The translations under genes were made by a program, and so were the position numbers. From positions 40,172 through 104,171 of IMG/VR virus record IMGVR_UViG_3300042891_000377: 64,000 nt of DNA, one strand, 5' to 3'. Shown here piece after piece: positions 26,269-36,809 of the stretch. Position 1 is the stretch's first letter. Each line of letters begins with the position of its first letter. The notes beneath the pieces are model-generated. The model was not told where the DNA came from. It saw only the letters and a program-made list of their open reading frames with translations, and ran no database searches. Source of the stretch: a virus.

Positions 26269-27507
26269 ATGTCATCTCAATTAAAAACAGTAGGATTCAT
26301 TGGAATCGGCAAACTTGGCCTAGCCTGCGCAGAAGTAATGTCAACTCATTATGATGTTACTGGCTATGATATTTACCCACGTACCAGTGACAAGATAGCA
26401 ATATCTGATACTTTAGAAGGAGCAGTAACAGGTAAGGATGTTATCTTTGTTGCAGTACAAACTCCCCACGATCCAATCTATGATGGATCACAACCAATTA
26501 CACATTTGCCAAACAAAGACTTTGATTACACTATTGTAAATCAAGTATTGGCAGATATTAATCAATATGTTACACAGGACCAACTTGTGGTACTAATTTC
26601 AACAGTGCTACCTGGTACTACACGCAGGGAACTGCGTAAACATATTACCAACGCACGTTTTATCTATAATCCTTATCTAATTGCCATGGGCAGTGTTGAG
26701 TGGGATATGGTTAATCCTGAGATGGTTATTGTTGGTACAGAAGACGGTAGCTTAACTGGTGATGCGCAATTACTTAAAGACTTCTACGCACCCCTTATGG
26801 AAAACGATCCGCGCTACGCTATTGGCACTTGGGATGAAGCAGAAGCAATTAAGATTTTCTACAACACATTTATTTCAACTAAAATTGGTTTGGTAAACAT
26901 GATACAGGACGTTGCTATGAAAAGTGGTAATATAAATGTAGATGTAGTAACAGATGCATTATCAAATGCAACCATGCGTATTATCAGTAAGAAATATCTA
27001 ACAGCGGGCATGGGCGATGCAGGACCATGTCATCCACGTGATAACATTGCGCTACGTTGGCTAGCTGAGAATTTAGACCTAGGCTACGATATTTTTGACA
27101 CTGTAATGCATGCTAGAGAAAAGCAAGCAGAAAATCTAGCAGTATACTTAACTGATTTAGCTGACGAACATAACTTGCCAATTGTTATCCATGGTAAGGC
27201 ATATAAGCCTGATGTAGATATGTTAGATGGTAGTTATAGTTTATTAATTGGGCATTATCTTGAAGAACTTAAAGTTGAGTTTTCGTATAGCGATCCACTA
27301 ACAGGCGATCACGTAGAAAATGGCAAAGATGCTGTGATATTATTAGCACACAATCGTCAGATTACCTATGGATATACCGGCGAACTGCCCGAACAACAAC
27401 TATACTTTACTCCCGGTACTAACAGCATTATCTTAGATCCATGGCGTAAATTTGAAAGTCTAAACTATCAAGTAATTCACTACGGAAATACTCGTGGTCA
27501 GTATTAA
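26269..27507 (+). CDS. UDP-glucose/GDP-mannose dehydrogenase family protein
   Basis: GIGKLG, AVQTP, ISTVLPGT, AEAIKIFYN, GPCHPRD, AYKPDV. Confidence 0.9.
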   Translation: MSSQLKTVGFIGIGKLGLACAEVMSTHYDVTGYDIYPRTSDKIAISDTLEGAVTGKDVIFVAVQTPHDPIYDGSQPITHLPNKDFDYTIVNQVLADINQYVTQDQLVVLISTVLPGTTRRELRKHITNARFIYNPYLIAMGSVEWDMVNPEMVIVGTEDGSLTGDAQLLKDFYAPLMENDPRYAIGTWDEAEAIKIFYNTFISTKIGLVNMIQDVAMKSGNINVDVVTDALSNATMRIISKKYLTAGMGDAGPCHPRDNIALRWLAENLDLGYDIFDTVMHAREKQAENLAVYLTDLADEHNLPIVIHGKAYKPDVDMLDGSYSLLIGHYLEELKVEFSYSDPLTGDHVENGKDAVILLAHNRQITYGYTGELPEQQLYFTPGTNSIILDPWRKFESLNYQVIHYGNTRGQY

Positions 27508-28012
27508 TATTGATCCTTTCTGGGATGATAGTTTTAAACAATTAGATTATGCTGTAGAAGCATTTAATAATCCCGCGGACACAGCACAATGGATGGAGCA
27601 AGGATATCCGGGTAAGTTCACTGGTGCTATGTGCGACATGCGCAGACCACAGCCAGTTTGGAATCCTATGTTTGTTAAATACTTTAACCGTCTTGGCTGG
27701 CAGGATGTAGGCACAAGTTACTATCGCATGAGCAGTGGTACTATATTACCAGTTCACCAAGATACTTATAAACGATACATAGAGTTGTTTGACCTCACAG
27801 GTCGAGAACATACTATATATCGTGCTATAGTGTTCTTAGAGGATTGGGCTAGTGGACACTATTTAGAAATTGATGGTGAGCCAATTATTAAGTGGACGGC
27901 AGGCGATGTAGTTACATGGTGTTACGATACACCGCACATGGCAGCAAACATGGGATTGACTCCTAGATACACATTACAGATAACAGGGCATATAGATGAA
28001 GATAAGCAGTAG
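27494..28012 (+). CDS. Putative Fe(II)/2OG oxygenase or cupin
   Basis: LPVHQD...TPHMAAN...RYTLQITG. Confidence 0.6.
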   Translation: MVSINIDPFWDDSFKQLDYAVEAFNNPADTAQWMEQGYPGKFTGAMCDMRRPQPVWNPMFVKYFNRLGWQDVGTSYYRMSSGTILPVHQDTYKRYIELFDLTGREHTIYRAIVFLEDWASGHYLEIDGEPIIKWTAGDVVTWCYDTPHMAANMGLTPRYTLQITGHIDEDKQ

Positions 28013-28910
28013 CAATGAATGGGGCAAGTTAAAAAGTATAGTAGTAGGTTCAGCAACCTACGCTAACTGGCCTAGTAATGATCCTGTATTCTCACAAGAA
28101 CATTTAAAAACAGCATGGCACGAAACTCCTGTACCAAGTGGCCCTGTGCCGCAATGGATCGTTGATGAGGCAAATGAAGATTTAGATGAGCTCGCTGGAG
28201 TATTAATTAAGTTAGGTATAGAAGTATTTCGTCCCAATGAAATGAATTTTGTTGAACGTGAAGGCATGTACAATTATTGTCCACGTGATAGATTGTTAAT
28301 TGCAGGTAGCTGTGTTATCGATCCTGCCATGATGTATCCTTGCCGTGACCAAGAAATTGAAACATTAGATTTTGTACTTGGAAACGCAAGCGCAGTAATG
28401 CCTATGCCACGCGGCCAAGGTATGATTATGGACGCGGCCAACGTGTGTAGACTTGGTAAAACATGGTTATACTTACTAAGTGACAGCGGTAATCAACAGG
28501 CATTAGATTGGTTGCGTAAAAAATTGCCACACATTAATATTGAAGCATGTAACTTTTACAATGGTGTACACATCGACAGTACAATTGTTCCGTTGCGTGA
28601 AGGATTTGTTGTACTCAATGCCAGCAGGGTAACACCGGATAATTGCCCTAAGGCCTTTGATGGTTGGACTAAACTTTGGGTAACTGACGTAGAAGCACAA
28701 AGTTTTCATGAATACCCCTATGCTAGTAAATGGATTGGATTGAATATGTTAAGCATAGATCCTAATACAGTAATTGTTGATCGAGCACAGTATAGACTTA
28801 TAGAAGACTTGGAACGTGCAGGCTTTGTAACAATTCCATTACAATTAAGACATAGTAGAACACTTGGTGGTGGATTCCATTGTGTGACTCTTGATTTAGT
28901 TAGAGATTAG
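27996..28910 (+). CDS. Amidinotransferase (glycine/inosamine-phosphate amidinotransferase family)
   Basis: NEWGKL, YNYCPRD, DAAN, HID, terminal GGGFHC with catalytic Cys. Confidence 0.88.
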   Translation: MKISSSNEWGKLKSIVVGSATYANWPSNDPVFSQEHLKTAWHETPVPSGPVPQWIVDEANEDLDELAGVLIKLGIEVFRPNEMNFVEREGMYNYCPRDRLLIAGSCVIDPAMMYPCRDQEIETLDFVLGNASAVMPMPRGQGMIMDAANVCRLGKTWLYLLSDSGNQQALDWLRKKLPHINIEACNFYNGVHIDSTIVPLREGFVVLNASRVTPDNCPKAFDGWTKLWVTDVEAQSFHEYPYASKWIGLNMLSIDPNTVIVDRAQYRLIEDLERAGFVTIPLQLRHSRTLGGGFHCVTLDLVRD

Positions 28911-28971
28911 CGCATTCTGTTAATGTGTTTAATTAAGATTTAACTAAATATTTGTAACATTTGGATATATC

Positions 28972-29703
28972 ATGACCAATAGCTTCGCGAGCTACACACA
29001 GGCCTCACTTAATGCTTTGCAATTTAATCTTAAAAGTCAAGATGCGATTAATAAAAAGCAAGAGATACTAACCGGCATTGCTGCCCACTATAAATCTAAC
29101 CCCACAAGTATATTATTTGTTGGGTTTAGTCCATTAATGTTAGGGGTAACTTACAAACAGATATTTGTCACTAACATAACCGCTGAAACAAAAAATTACC
29201 TTGATGCTAGCGACATTAAATACACATATATAGATACAAAGGATTTACCAGGATATAAGAAACAATTCTCCTGGGTAGTAGCAGGTGATGAATATTTTAC
29301 CTTTGCTAACACAGAAGAAGAGCAACAGACTAGTGTAGAAATAATTGCTAGTCTGGCTAAAGATTTAATAGTCACAACATTACGTGATTATAAAAATCAA
29401 AACTTTAAAGACCGTGAGTTTAGCCAACCACAGGCAGTTTATAATCACAGTGATAGTTTAGTATTTTTAGAATATCACAAATATGATTATTCAGATAAAA
29501 ATGCCTGGGCAACAACAGTATATGAAATGCAAGATACTAAAACACAATCTTATGGTCCGTTTAGTCGTCGAGCAATGTTTTTTAAACAGTTAGCAAAGTT
29601 TAGTATCGATGCTGGTGCTAAACAGTTTTATGTACACAAGGATTTAATGTACAAAAGTCTTATACGTAGAAACTATGAGCATGTAATATCAATTTCAATT
29701 TAA
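28972..29703 (+). CDS. Hypothetical protein
   Basis: 243-aa ORF after TAAATA at 28945. Confidence 0.6.
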   Translation: MTNSFASYTQASLNALQFNLKSQDAINKKQEILTGIAAHYKSNPTSILFVGFSPLMLGVTYKQIFVTNITAETKNYLDASDIKYTYIDTKDLPGYKKQFSWVVAGDEYFTFANTEEEQQTSVEIIASLAKDLIVTTLRDYKNQNFKDREFSQPQAVYNHSDSLVFLEYHKYDYSDKNAWATTVYEMQDTKTQSYGPFSRRAMFFKQLAKFSIDAGAKQFYVHKDLMYKSLIRRNYEHVISISI

Positions 29704-29721
29704 AGTTTTTCAAGTGAGTAT

Positions 29722-30990
29722 ATGGATATCAACGAACAATTACAGCCCATTGTCGCCGGGCTAATAGACAATCTCAAAGTATCAATTGAGCAAGAACTGC
29801 ATGATAAAGTCAGTGCCGAAGTAATTAAAAAAATTGCCAGTACTGAACTTGATACAGTAGTTGACAGTCTTGTTAAAAAACAAATTGGCGATCGCCTTGA
29901 TAAATTTAACTTTGCCGATACCAGCAGAGAACAACTAACAGCACAAATTGCTAAGATCACAGCTGATGTCAATAAAACTGTCATTGACAAAGCCAATGTA
30001 CAGATCACACAAGAAATAAAAAAACAACTTGCTACCCTTGATCTTAATTTAATAGTTAACGAAATTGTTAAATCTAAATTACTCGAGCTGATTAAACTAC
30101 ATAATTTTCCAGAAAGAAGCATAGCGCACACTGCTATAAATTTACAAGGTTTCAATTTATCCGGTGATGCTATAAATGGTGGCATTATACAAAACTTTGG
30201 CAGTACTGGTATAGAAGACCGTGCTAGTTTTGTACAACTTACCCTTATGGATCATGCCTGTGCATTTGAAGGTCCTGTGTTTGCACCAAGTGCAAAGATC
30301 ACAGGTGACCTAACAGTAGATGGCACCTTAACACTCAATGGCACTGTTTTGGAATCAAGTCCAGGCTTTGCACAGTTAGTTGATGCCGCGGGTAATGCAG
30401 TTGTTGGAAAACTTGACACCCAATTGTTTACAGGATTCAGTGATATAGTATTTGGTAGAATACAAGAAACTGGAATTGACCTAGATAAGATTACACAAGG
30501 CGGTAAAGAAATTGTTAAGGGACCACAATTAGGCTATCACATTGTTGACAGTAACCTGCAACGTGTGGGTGTGGTCAAAGATCTACAAACATCAGGTGAG
30601 AACTTACTAAGCGATACCTTATATGTTACACAGCGCAGGGTTGGTGTCAACACCATGGACCCGAGTGCTGTGTTTGCAGTATGGGACGAAGAAGTTGAAA
30701 TGATTGTAGCCAAACGTAAACAGGACACTGGCTACATCGGAACGGCACGTAAACAACAACTTACACTTGGCAGTAATAACAAAGAAAATATTATCCTTGA
30801 CACTGACGGTAGTGTTAAGGTTGAGAACTTAGTTGTGGGTCGTGTTGCAATGACATCAGCTACAGCAGTTCCAAACTATGCCGGAGAAATGGCACAGATT
30901 GTCTACAATGAATTACCTGCACCCGGTAGTCCAATTGGATGGGTATGTATTGGTGGTTCAAGATGGGCTAAGTTTGGTATAATAGAATAA
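29722..30990 (+). CDS. Hypothetical protein (helical N-terminus, beta-rich fibre-like C-terminus)
   Basis: Heptad-rich N-half; RVGVNTMDP; C-terminal PIGWVCIGGSRWAKFG. Confidence 0.55.
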   Translation: MDINEQLQPIVAGLIDNLKVSIEQELHDKVSAEVIKKIASTELDTVVDSLVKKQIGDRLDKFNFADTSREQLTAQIAKITADVNKTVIDKANVQITQEIKKQLATLDLNLIVNEIVKSKLLELIKLHNFPERSIAHTAINLQGFNLSGDAINGGIIQNFGSTGIEDRASFVQLTLMDHACAFEGPVFAPSAKITGDLTVDGTLTLNGTVLESSPGFAQLVDAAGNAVVGKLDTQLFTGFSDIVFGRIQETGIDLDKITQGGKEIVKGPQLGYHIVDSNLQRVGVVKDLQTSGENLLSDTLYVTQRRVGVNTMDPSAVFAVWDEEVEMIVAKRKQDTGYIGTARKQQLTLGSNNKENIILDTDGSVKVENLVVGRVAMTSATAVPNYAGEMAQIVYNELPAPGSPIGWVCIGGSRWAKFGIIE

Positions 30991-30991
30991 T

Positions 30992-31996
30992 TTAAACTAA
31001 CGTAGTCTTAAGGTTAGTATGAAATTGCTGTTGCCAATCAGTTTCAAACATAATACGTTTATTATGCTCGACTATTTCACGTATTTTCTCTAATACATCT
31101 GCCTGTGATAATGTAATTAAATATTCCATCTGTTTAAATGCCCGAGCAAACCGGGTAGTTGGATCTTCAATAGTATCATAAGTTTCATCGATAATACCAT
31201 CAAATGTTCTAAATCCTAAACTGCGAAGATTACGCAGATAGTATTGTCCACTAAACACGATAAACAATCTTTCTGCTATTATAGGTTTAACAATCTTTTC
31301 AGTATAGAAACTATAGTCATTATCAAAATTAGTTTCTGCTACGATACTGTATGCAGTTTGATTGTAGATGCTAATAGGAACGATGGTGCTGATACTCATC
31401 TCCATGTTATGATATTTAACTTTGCCTATACTATGGGTAATTGGATTGACAGGAACCATGTCACTTTCCCAAATAAAATTATCATTATTGAATAATTCTA
31501 GATGTGCAAATTTATAATAGGTTAATATGGATAATTTATCTATGCCTGATACGTGTGCATGATCATATATAAAATCTCTATGAGGTCTACTGGCTCCTAG
31601 TAATATATCAAACATTTTTTCTTTAGTATCGTATGGTGTTAATTGTTCCAATGTAGTGTGTTGTTGATAAAACGATCGAGTATTGATAAACCAATCCATC
31701 CATAGATCTGAATCAATACCTTTGACATACCCACAGGTAAAATATTTTATTTTATTGGATTGATATCGTCGCATAAAATCAACTGTAGTTCGATGTAATT
31801 CTGATACTAATATAACAATGCAATCACAGTGAATTAATGCTTGATCTATATCAAGTTCAAAGTTAGAATTATATGGAAATGGTATATGAAATACTGCGCG
31901 AGTTGCTAGCGCAATATTGTCAATTGGAGTGATATTAAGACAATTTAAATGGTATCGGCAAACATCCGAATTTGTATAAACGTTTGCCGATAACAT
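30992..31996 (-). CDS. Putative glycosyltransferase-like protein, paralog of 25016-26266
   Basis: SIVAET...YTEKIVKPI...LRSLGFRTF..IIDETYD. Confidence 0.5.
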   Translation of the reverse strand: MLSANVYTNSDVCRYHLNCLNITPIDNIALATRAVFHIPFPYNSNFELDIDQALIHCDCIVILVSELHRTTVDFMRRYQSNKIKYFTCGYVKGIDSDLWMDWFINTRSFYQQHTTLEQLTPYDTKEKMFDILLGASRPHRDFIYDHAHVSGIDKLSILTYYKFAHLELFNNDNFIWESDMVPVNPITHSIGKVKYHNMEMSISTIVPISIYNQTAYSIVAETNFDNDYSFYTEKIVKPIIAERLFIVFSGQYYLRNLRSLGFRTFDGIIDETYDTIEDPTTRFARAFKQMEYLITLSQADVLEKIREIVEHNKRIMFETDWQQQFHTNLKTTLV

Positions 31997-31999
31997 GTA

Positions 32000-32260
32000 T
32001 TACTTAGTTGTTACTGGTGTTTTTGCAGCAGTTTTCTTTTTACCATAGTATGGTTTACGTTTCTTAGCTGGTGCAGTTGTTTTAGCTGGTAATGGTGCTA
32101 ATTTAACTTCTGCCACTGTGCCTGCACGTTGTCTTGTTGGTTTAGCTGGTGGAATGTAAACAGCAGCTGGTACTTCAGCCTTAGCCGGTGGTGTTAAAAT
32201 TTCTTTAACAGTTTCTTGCGGGGCGCCAAAACCAAAAAGTTGTTTGATAAAATTAATCAT
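32000..32260 (-). CDS. Hypothetical basic Pro/Ala/Lys-rich protein
   Basis: AGGAG RBS; TAAATA on minus strand at 32279-32284. Confidence 0.65.
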   Translation of the reverse strand: MINFIKQLFGFGAPQETVKEILTPPAKAEVPAAVYIPPAKPTRQRAGTVAEVKLAPLPAKTTAPAKKRKPYYGKKKTAAKTPVTTK

Positions 32261-32318
32261 GTAGTTCTCCTTGTGTAATATTTATTCATTATATACGCAT
32301 AGATAAAATTTATTTTAG

Positions 32319-32347
32319 TTGACATTTTGGTAAAATGACTGTATAAT
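32319..32347 (+). promoter_or_regulatory. Phage early sigma70-type promoter
   Basis: TTGACA-17-TATAAT, identical to 32761-32789. Confidence 0.85.
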
Positions 32348-32402
32348 GCTATACATAAACTGTTAATAAGGAAGAACAAAATCCACACTTTTAGGAGCAA
32401 TA

Positions 32403-32753
32403 ATGACCACTAACGCTTACATCTTTGCTTGGGATCAAAAAGGTATTGACAGCATAATTCCAATTAGTCAATACGAAGAATGGGATAAAAAGAACACGTG
32501 GAATGTTCTAACCGATCAACCAACTGAACGTAATCCGTTAAACAGCATCATTCAAAGTCTTGTACTTCGCGCAATTTACAATAGTCAACGTCACTATGAA
32601 ATCTACAGTATAGATTGTGCATTTCCAATAGACGAAAAAGAGTGGCGTGAGATCTGGCAAGAGAATCCGCAGGGCACAGCAGATCTAATACGTGAGCGTG
32701 GTGTTAAGTTATATAGCGATAGAGAAGATAGAAAATCTCAAGTAATCAGTTAG
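32403..32753 (+). CDS. Hypothetical phage protein
   Basis: AGGAG RBS. Confidence 0.7.
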   Translation: MTTNAYIFAWDQKGIDSIIPISQYEEWDKKNTWNVLTDQPTERNPLNSIIQSLVLRAIYNSQRHYEIYSIDCAFPIDEKEWREIWQENPQGTADLIRERGVKLYSDREDRKSQVIS

Positions 32754-32760
32754 ATTTTGG

Positions 32761-32789
32761 TTGACATTTTGGTAAAATGACTGTATAAT
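32761..32789 (+). promoter_or_regulatory. Phage early sigma70-type promoter
   Basis: TTGACA-17-TATAAT. Confidence 0.85.
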
Positions 32790-32821
32790 GTTACACATAC
32801 AATAACAAAACGGAGCAAAAT

Positions 32822-33103
32822 ATGACAACTTCAATTAAAACACAAGCTGATTTAGATTGGGAAATACAAGCATACGGCATGTCGGAAGCTTCTGTTAAGC
32901 ACCTTGTAGAAACACAGGCTTTTCCAGGTACAGAATTGATGTTTGCCGCTGGTATGTTAAGTGATGCGCAACAGATTATGGATCCAGAGTTTAATAAAGA
33001 TGGGTGGGTAAGTCCAGAAACTGCTAACCGTGCTCGTCAATATATGAATGTTGCCAAATATATTATGTTTAACATGATGAAAGACGAAAGGAAGGCTGCT
33101 TAA
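32822..33103 (+). CDS. Hypothetical phage protein
   Basis: GGAG RBS. Confidence 0.7.
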   Translation: MTTSIKTQADLDWEIQAYGMSEASVKHLVETQAFPGTELMFAAGMLSDAQQIMDPEFNKDGWVSPETANRARQYMNVAKYIMFNMMKDERKAA

Positions 33104-33531
33104 TGGGCTTAGACATGTATGCGTATGCCGCAGCCAGAGAAGGGCAACAAAAAGAGTTTTGGCATGATGGTGAGTTTGATCCAGAAACTGGTGACTACGT
33201 TAATGCTAAAGTAACCAAACCAATTGAAATTGCCTATTGGCGCAAGCACCCCAACTTGCATGGTTGGATGGAAGAACTTTGGCGGAGTAAAGGCAGTCCA
33301 CGTGACAGCGATGACGAAGAAACATTCAACGGTATTGAACTTGAACTGACCTGGGAAGATATCGATATGTTAGAGGAAGATATCAATCAAGGCGCACTAC
33401 CTGGTACAAGTGGTTTCTTCTTTGGTGATCCGGCAGATGATTACTATCGTGGGGATGACTTAAAGTTTATTCAAGAAGCACGTAGTCAACTGTTCTTAGG
33501 CTTACGTGTATTTTATAATTCAAGTTGGTAA
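33103..33531 (+). CDS. Conserved hypothetical phage protein
   Basis: MGLDMY...YWRKHPNLHGWM...GFFFG...YNSSW pattern. Confidence 0.75.
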   Translation: MGLDMYAYAAAREGQQKEFWHDGEFDPETGDYVNAKVTKPIEIAYWRKHPNLHGWMEELWRSKGSPRDSDDEETFNGIELELTWEDIDMLEEDINQGALPGTSGFFFGDPADDYYRGDDLKFIQEARSQLFLGLRVFYNSSW

Positions 33532-33541
33532 GGAGAATAGC

Positions 33542-33724
33542 ATGGATAAAATAATTAAACAAATTAAAGGTATTGGTGAAGTTGGTATTGATACAAACGC
33601 AAGTCCAGGCAATGGTCCTTACTATGTTAAGCACTATCGCACAGGCTACGATGTCTGTGGCTTTGACTCCGTTGAAGAAGCACTGATGGAGTTGGAATTT
33701 GTTGAAGATGGAGCATTAGCTTGA
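33542..33724 (+). CDS. Hypothetical phage protein
   Basis: AAGGAG RBS before ATG 33542. Confidence 0.6.
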   Translation: MDKIIKQIKGIGEVGIDTNASPGNGPYYVKHYRTGYDVCGFDSVEEALMELEFVEDGALA

Positions 33725-33948
33725 TCAATCACACACTACAATGGTTAGGTACCAGCTGTTTGATCACTATGTATGTGATCATGAGTTTCTACCCTGAGCT
33801 GTATCCCATCAATATTATACTCGGTTGCTTTGGTGGTGTGTTCTATTTTGCTTGGAGTTTCCGTGTGGCAAATCGTCCGCAGATGTTAGTTAACGCTGCA
33901 GGTGTTTTGGTCTGTTTAGCTGGCTTAGTTAAATTATATTTTGCTTGA
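33721..33948 (+). CDS. Small 3-TM membrane protein
   Basis: Hydrophobic helices; GGAG RBS, TTG start. Confidence 0.6.
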   Translation: MINHTLQWLGTSCLITMYVIMSFYPELYPINIILGCFGGVFYFAWSFRVANRPQMLVNAAGVLVCLAGLVKLYFA

Positions 33949-33973
33949 CAAAAGTGGTTAAATAGTCTATAAT
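33945..33973 (+). promoter_or_regulatory. Sigma70-type promoter
   Basis: TTGACA-17-TATAAT. Confidence 0.75.
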
Positions 33974-34001
33974 ATGTTACTTGATAATAAGGAAACAACA
34001 A

Positions 34002-34241
34002 ATGGTTACTGATGAGTTTCAATACAATAATGAAGAAGAAGCAGAAATGGGTCAGCTTCATGCTATTCATAATAACATGAATCATATTGCCGCAGTACAA
34101 CGTGAGTTAGCTAAACAGGCTGCACAGCCAAGTCTCGAACATTGCGAAGAATGTGGCGATGAAATACCACGAGCAAGACAGCTTGCCATACCCGGTGTTA
34201 GACTTTGCGTTTTCTGTAAAGAACGTGCAGAACGTCATTAA
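34002..34241 (+). CDS. TraR/DksA C4 zinc-finger protein
   Basis: CEECGDEIPRARQLAIPGVRLCVFC. Confidence 0.88.
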   Translation: MVTDEFQYNNEEEAEMGQLHAIHNNMNHIAAVQRELAKQAAQPSLEHCEECGDEIPRARQLAIPGVRLCVFCKERAERH

Positions 34242-35110
34242 TGTTAGCAATCAAATATGCTGATCCATGTAATCTTTCTGATACTGTAACTTTACATTTT
34301 AAATTAAGAAACCATGCAGTAACTAGTAAATGGATCGAAAGATTACTGCTAGCTCAAACACACTATCCAATTGATGCTCCTGATAGATTTTATGGATTTG
34401 GCTCTATAGAAGAACAAACAGCAGATGCATTGCACCGTATGCAACAATGTATTGCACTCATCAATTCTCATGAACAAATCATTGATCGACAACTGACCAA
34501 CGTTGCTGATCAAGATACATTAAATTATCTACATCATATTTTTGAAGTATATCACGGGTTACTAGATCAGCAGACACATCCGGTATGGCAGACAGCATCA
34601 CCAGAAGTTAGGCTAGCATTAGCAGATTTAAACTTACTTGTTCATCGGTGCGAAAGTGTTAATCGAGGTGCACAACCTAGGCACGTAGTGACCTATTATG
34701 GGTTGCCTAAAACAGAAACACTGGCCGTAGAAGATTATGCATTGTTTGAACCCGCTATAAAGTTTGGTACTGTGTATTTGAACTATGCCGAAATAGGCAA
34801 AACATTAGATGATTTAGCAGTAGATAATGATAGATATATTGCAGATGAAGCATTCCAACCATTTAGACATTATAGTGCAGATTTTAATGTTAAATTTTAT
34901 TCAACTGATTATAGACAAGTAGATGAACAATATGCTATAATAAAACAATATTATGATACACATAATAAATTTTTTGAACAACGTAATTTACCCTGGGGAC
35001 ATCCGTATTTAAATATTGGTGCAATACCCTTAGCAGATTTAGTTAACACAACAGATGTAATCGAACAAATAGCAACTCGACAATATGTCAAATCAGTAAC
35101 TTTAATATAA
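34241..35110 (+). CDS. Hypothetical protein
   Basis: Coupled ORF; LNYLHHIFE...LNLLVHRCE. Confidence 0.65.
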   Translation: MLAIKYADPCNLSDTVTLHFKLRNHAVTSKWIERLLLAQTHYPIDAPDRFYGFGSIEEQTADALHRMQQCIALINSHEQIIDRQLTNVADQDTLNYLHHIFEVYHGLLDQQTHPVWQTASPEVRLALADLNLLVHRCESVNRGAQPRHVVTYYGLPKTETLAVEDYALFEPAIKFGTVYLNYAEIGKTLDDLAVDNDRYIADEAFQPFRHYSADFNVKFYSTDYRQVDEQYAIIKQYYDTHNKFFEQRNLPWGHPYLNIGAIPLADLVNTTDVIEQIATRQYVKSVTLI

Positions 35111-35118
35111 GGAAACAC

Positions 35119-35739
35119 ATGTCAACTTTAGTCCCAATGGTAGTAGAACGTACGAGTCAAGGCGAACGTAGCTATGACATTTATTCACGCTTACTTAAAG
35201 ATCGTATCATCATGTTAGACACTGATGTCAACGAGCATACTGCTAGTTTAATCGTAGCGCAGATGTTGTTCTTAGAAAGTGAAGCACCAGAGAAAGATAT
35301 CTTATTCTACATCAATAGTCCGGGTGGTAGTGTAACTGCTGGCTTGGCAATTTATGATACAATGCAGTTTATCAAATGTGATGTATCAACTATTGTACTT
35401 GGACAAGCATGTTCGATGGGTAGCTTCCTAGCGCAAGCAGGTGCACCAGGCAAGCGTATTGTTCTGCCAGAAGCACGTACTATGATTCACCGTGTTAGTT
35501 CCGGTACCCCCGGTACACGTGGTAGTGTACACGTACAAGACCTACAGTTTGAAGATGCTAAACGTAGCTTTGAAGAAAGTGTGCGTATTAACAAACGCTT
35601 AACAGAACTGTATGCACGTCATAATACTGCTGGTAAAACGTATGACGAACTTTATGAAGCAATGAAGTTTGACACATTTTTAAGTGCAGACGAAGCTGTT
35701 GCCTATGGTCTAGCAGACGAAGTGATTACTAAACGTTAA
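35119..35739 (+). CDS. clpP: Clp protease proteolytic subunit
   Basis: [29 protein letters not shown] (Ser), MIH (His). Confidence 0.95.
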   Translation: MSTLVPMVVERTSQGERSYDIYSRLLKDRIIMLDTDVNEHTASLIVAQMLFLESEAPEKDILFYINSPGGSVTAGLAIYDTMQFIKCDVSTIVLGQACSMGSFLAQAGAPGKRIVLPEARTMIHRVSSGTPGTRGSVHVQDLQFEDAKRSFEESVRINKRLTELYARHNTAGKTYDELYEAMKFDTFLSADEAVAYGLADEVITKR

Positions 35740-36809
35740 TGACCAAATTATGCCTTGACTTTATCACCGAATCAACACAGCCATTATTTACTGTTTTAAT
35801 TGATGGCTGTGTAGTATCGGCAGTAGTAAACGATAAAGAATTAACTATATCAGCCGATTTACAATACGGATTCCATACACTGGCTATTTCAGTAACCAAT
35901 CCATCGTCACCTATTGTATTCACTGATGCAAAATTAGATGGAGTTAGTTTCCGACAAACGTTATATACAATGTTTGCTAATAAGCAATGCAAAAGACAAA
36001 CAACAACTTTAACAATCACTGATAATATATTATATCTTCCATTTATTAATCCGATAGCGGTATGGATTGCATCCTGCGCAGAAAAAATTCCTGCAAAATT
36101 ATATGCGCATAGTTTGTATGATGAATTTGAAATTTATTATCCCGAATCTATAGTTATTCCTACTAGTTTTCCAAAAATACTACAAGATTATATGTTGTGT
36201 AATACAGACTTTTATATGCATGCTAAATCATTATTATTAGATCCGTATTATAACGCAGAAGTACCGTATGCAAAACTTAGTAAATTAACATATGATGATA
36301 CTGCATTGTATACTGAATTATTTGCAAATTTAGAATTCTTTAAGAATAATGCACGTACACCAGCGCAGAGCAAATATAACAAATTAGAAACAAGTAAATC
36401 TGACTGGAGAGTGTTTGATTTTATTCTTGAAAAAAACATATTGCCCGAGGCACAGTTTCCTGCCCTCTATAAGTTATTGCATGATCTTAATTTAGATGAA
36501 ATATTACATGGATTTATAGGTATACTTGGCCCAGGTGAATACATAACCCCGCACGTTGATCGTTACGAGGGTATGGAATTTATAATAGAAAAATATGGTG
36601 GTTGTGGACAGCTATATATTCCTGTGAACTTTAAAGAAGGCAACTATTTTAAATTTAATAATATTGGATTAGTTCCGTTAGATGGTCCAATGTTAATTAA
36701 TACTCAACATTTTGCTCATGCATTAATAAACAATAGTAATGAATATCGATTTGCAATAGGTATACACGGATCTCGACTACATATTACAAATAAAGATGAT
36801 AATGGCTAA
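35739..36809 (+). CDS. Hypothetical protein with C-terminal Asp/Asn beta-hydroxylase-like domain
   Basis: LGPGEYITPHVD...INTQHFAHALINNSNEYR. Confidence 0.55.
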   Translation: MTKLCLDFITESTQPLFTVLIDGCVVSAVVNDKELTISADLQYGFHTLAISVTNPSSPIVFTDAKLDGVSFRQTLYTMFANKQCKRQTTTLTITDNILYLPFINPIAVWIASCAEKIPAKLYAHSLYDEFEIYYPESIVIPTSFPKILQDYMLCNTDFYMHAKSLLLDPYYNAEVPYAKLSKLTYDDTALYTELFANLEFFKNNARTPAQSKYNKLETSKSDWRVFDFILEKNILPEAQFPALYKLLHDLNLDEILHGFIGILGPGEYITPHVDRYEGMEFIIEKYGGCGQLYIPVNFKEGNYFKFNNIGLVPLDGPMLINTQHFAHALINNSNEYRFAIGIHGSRLHITNKDDNG

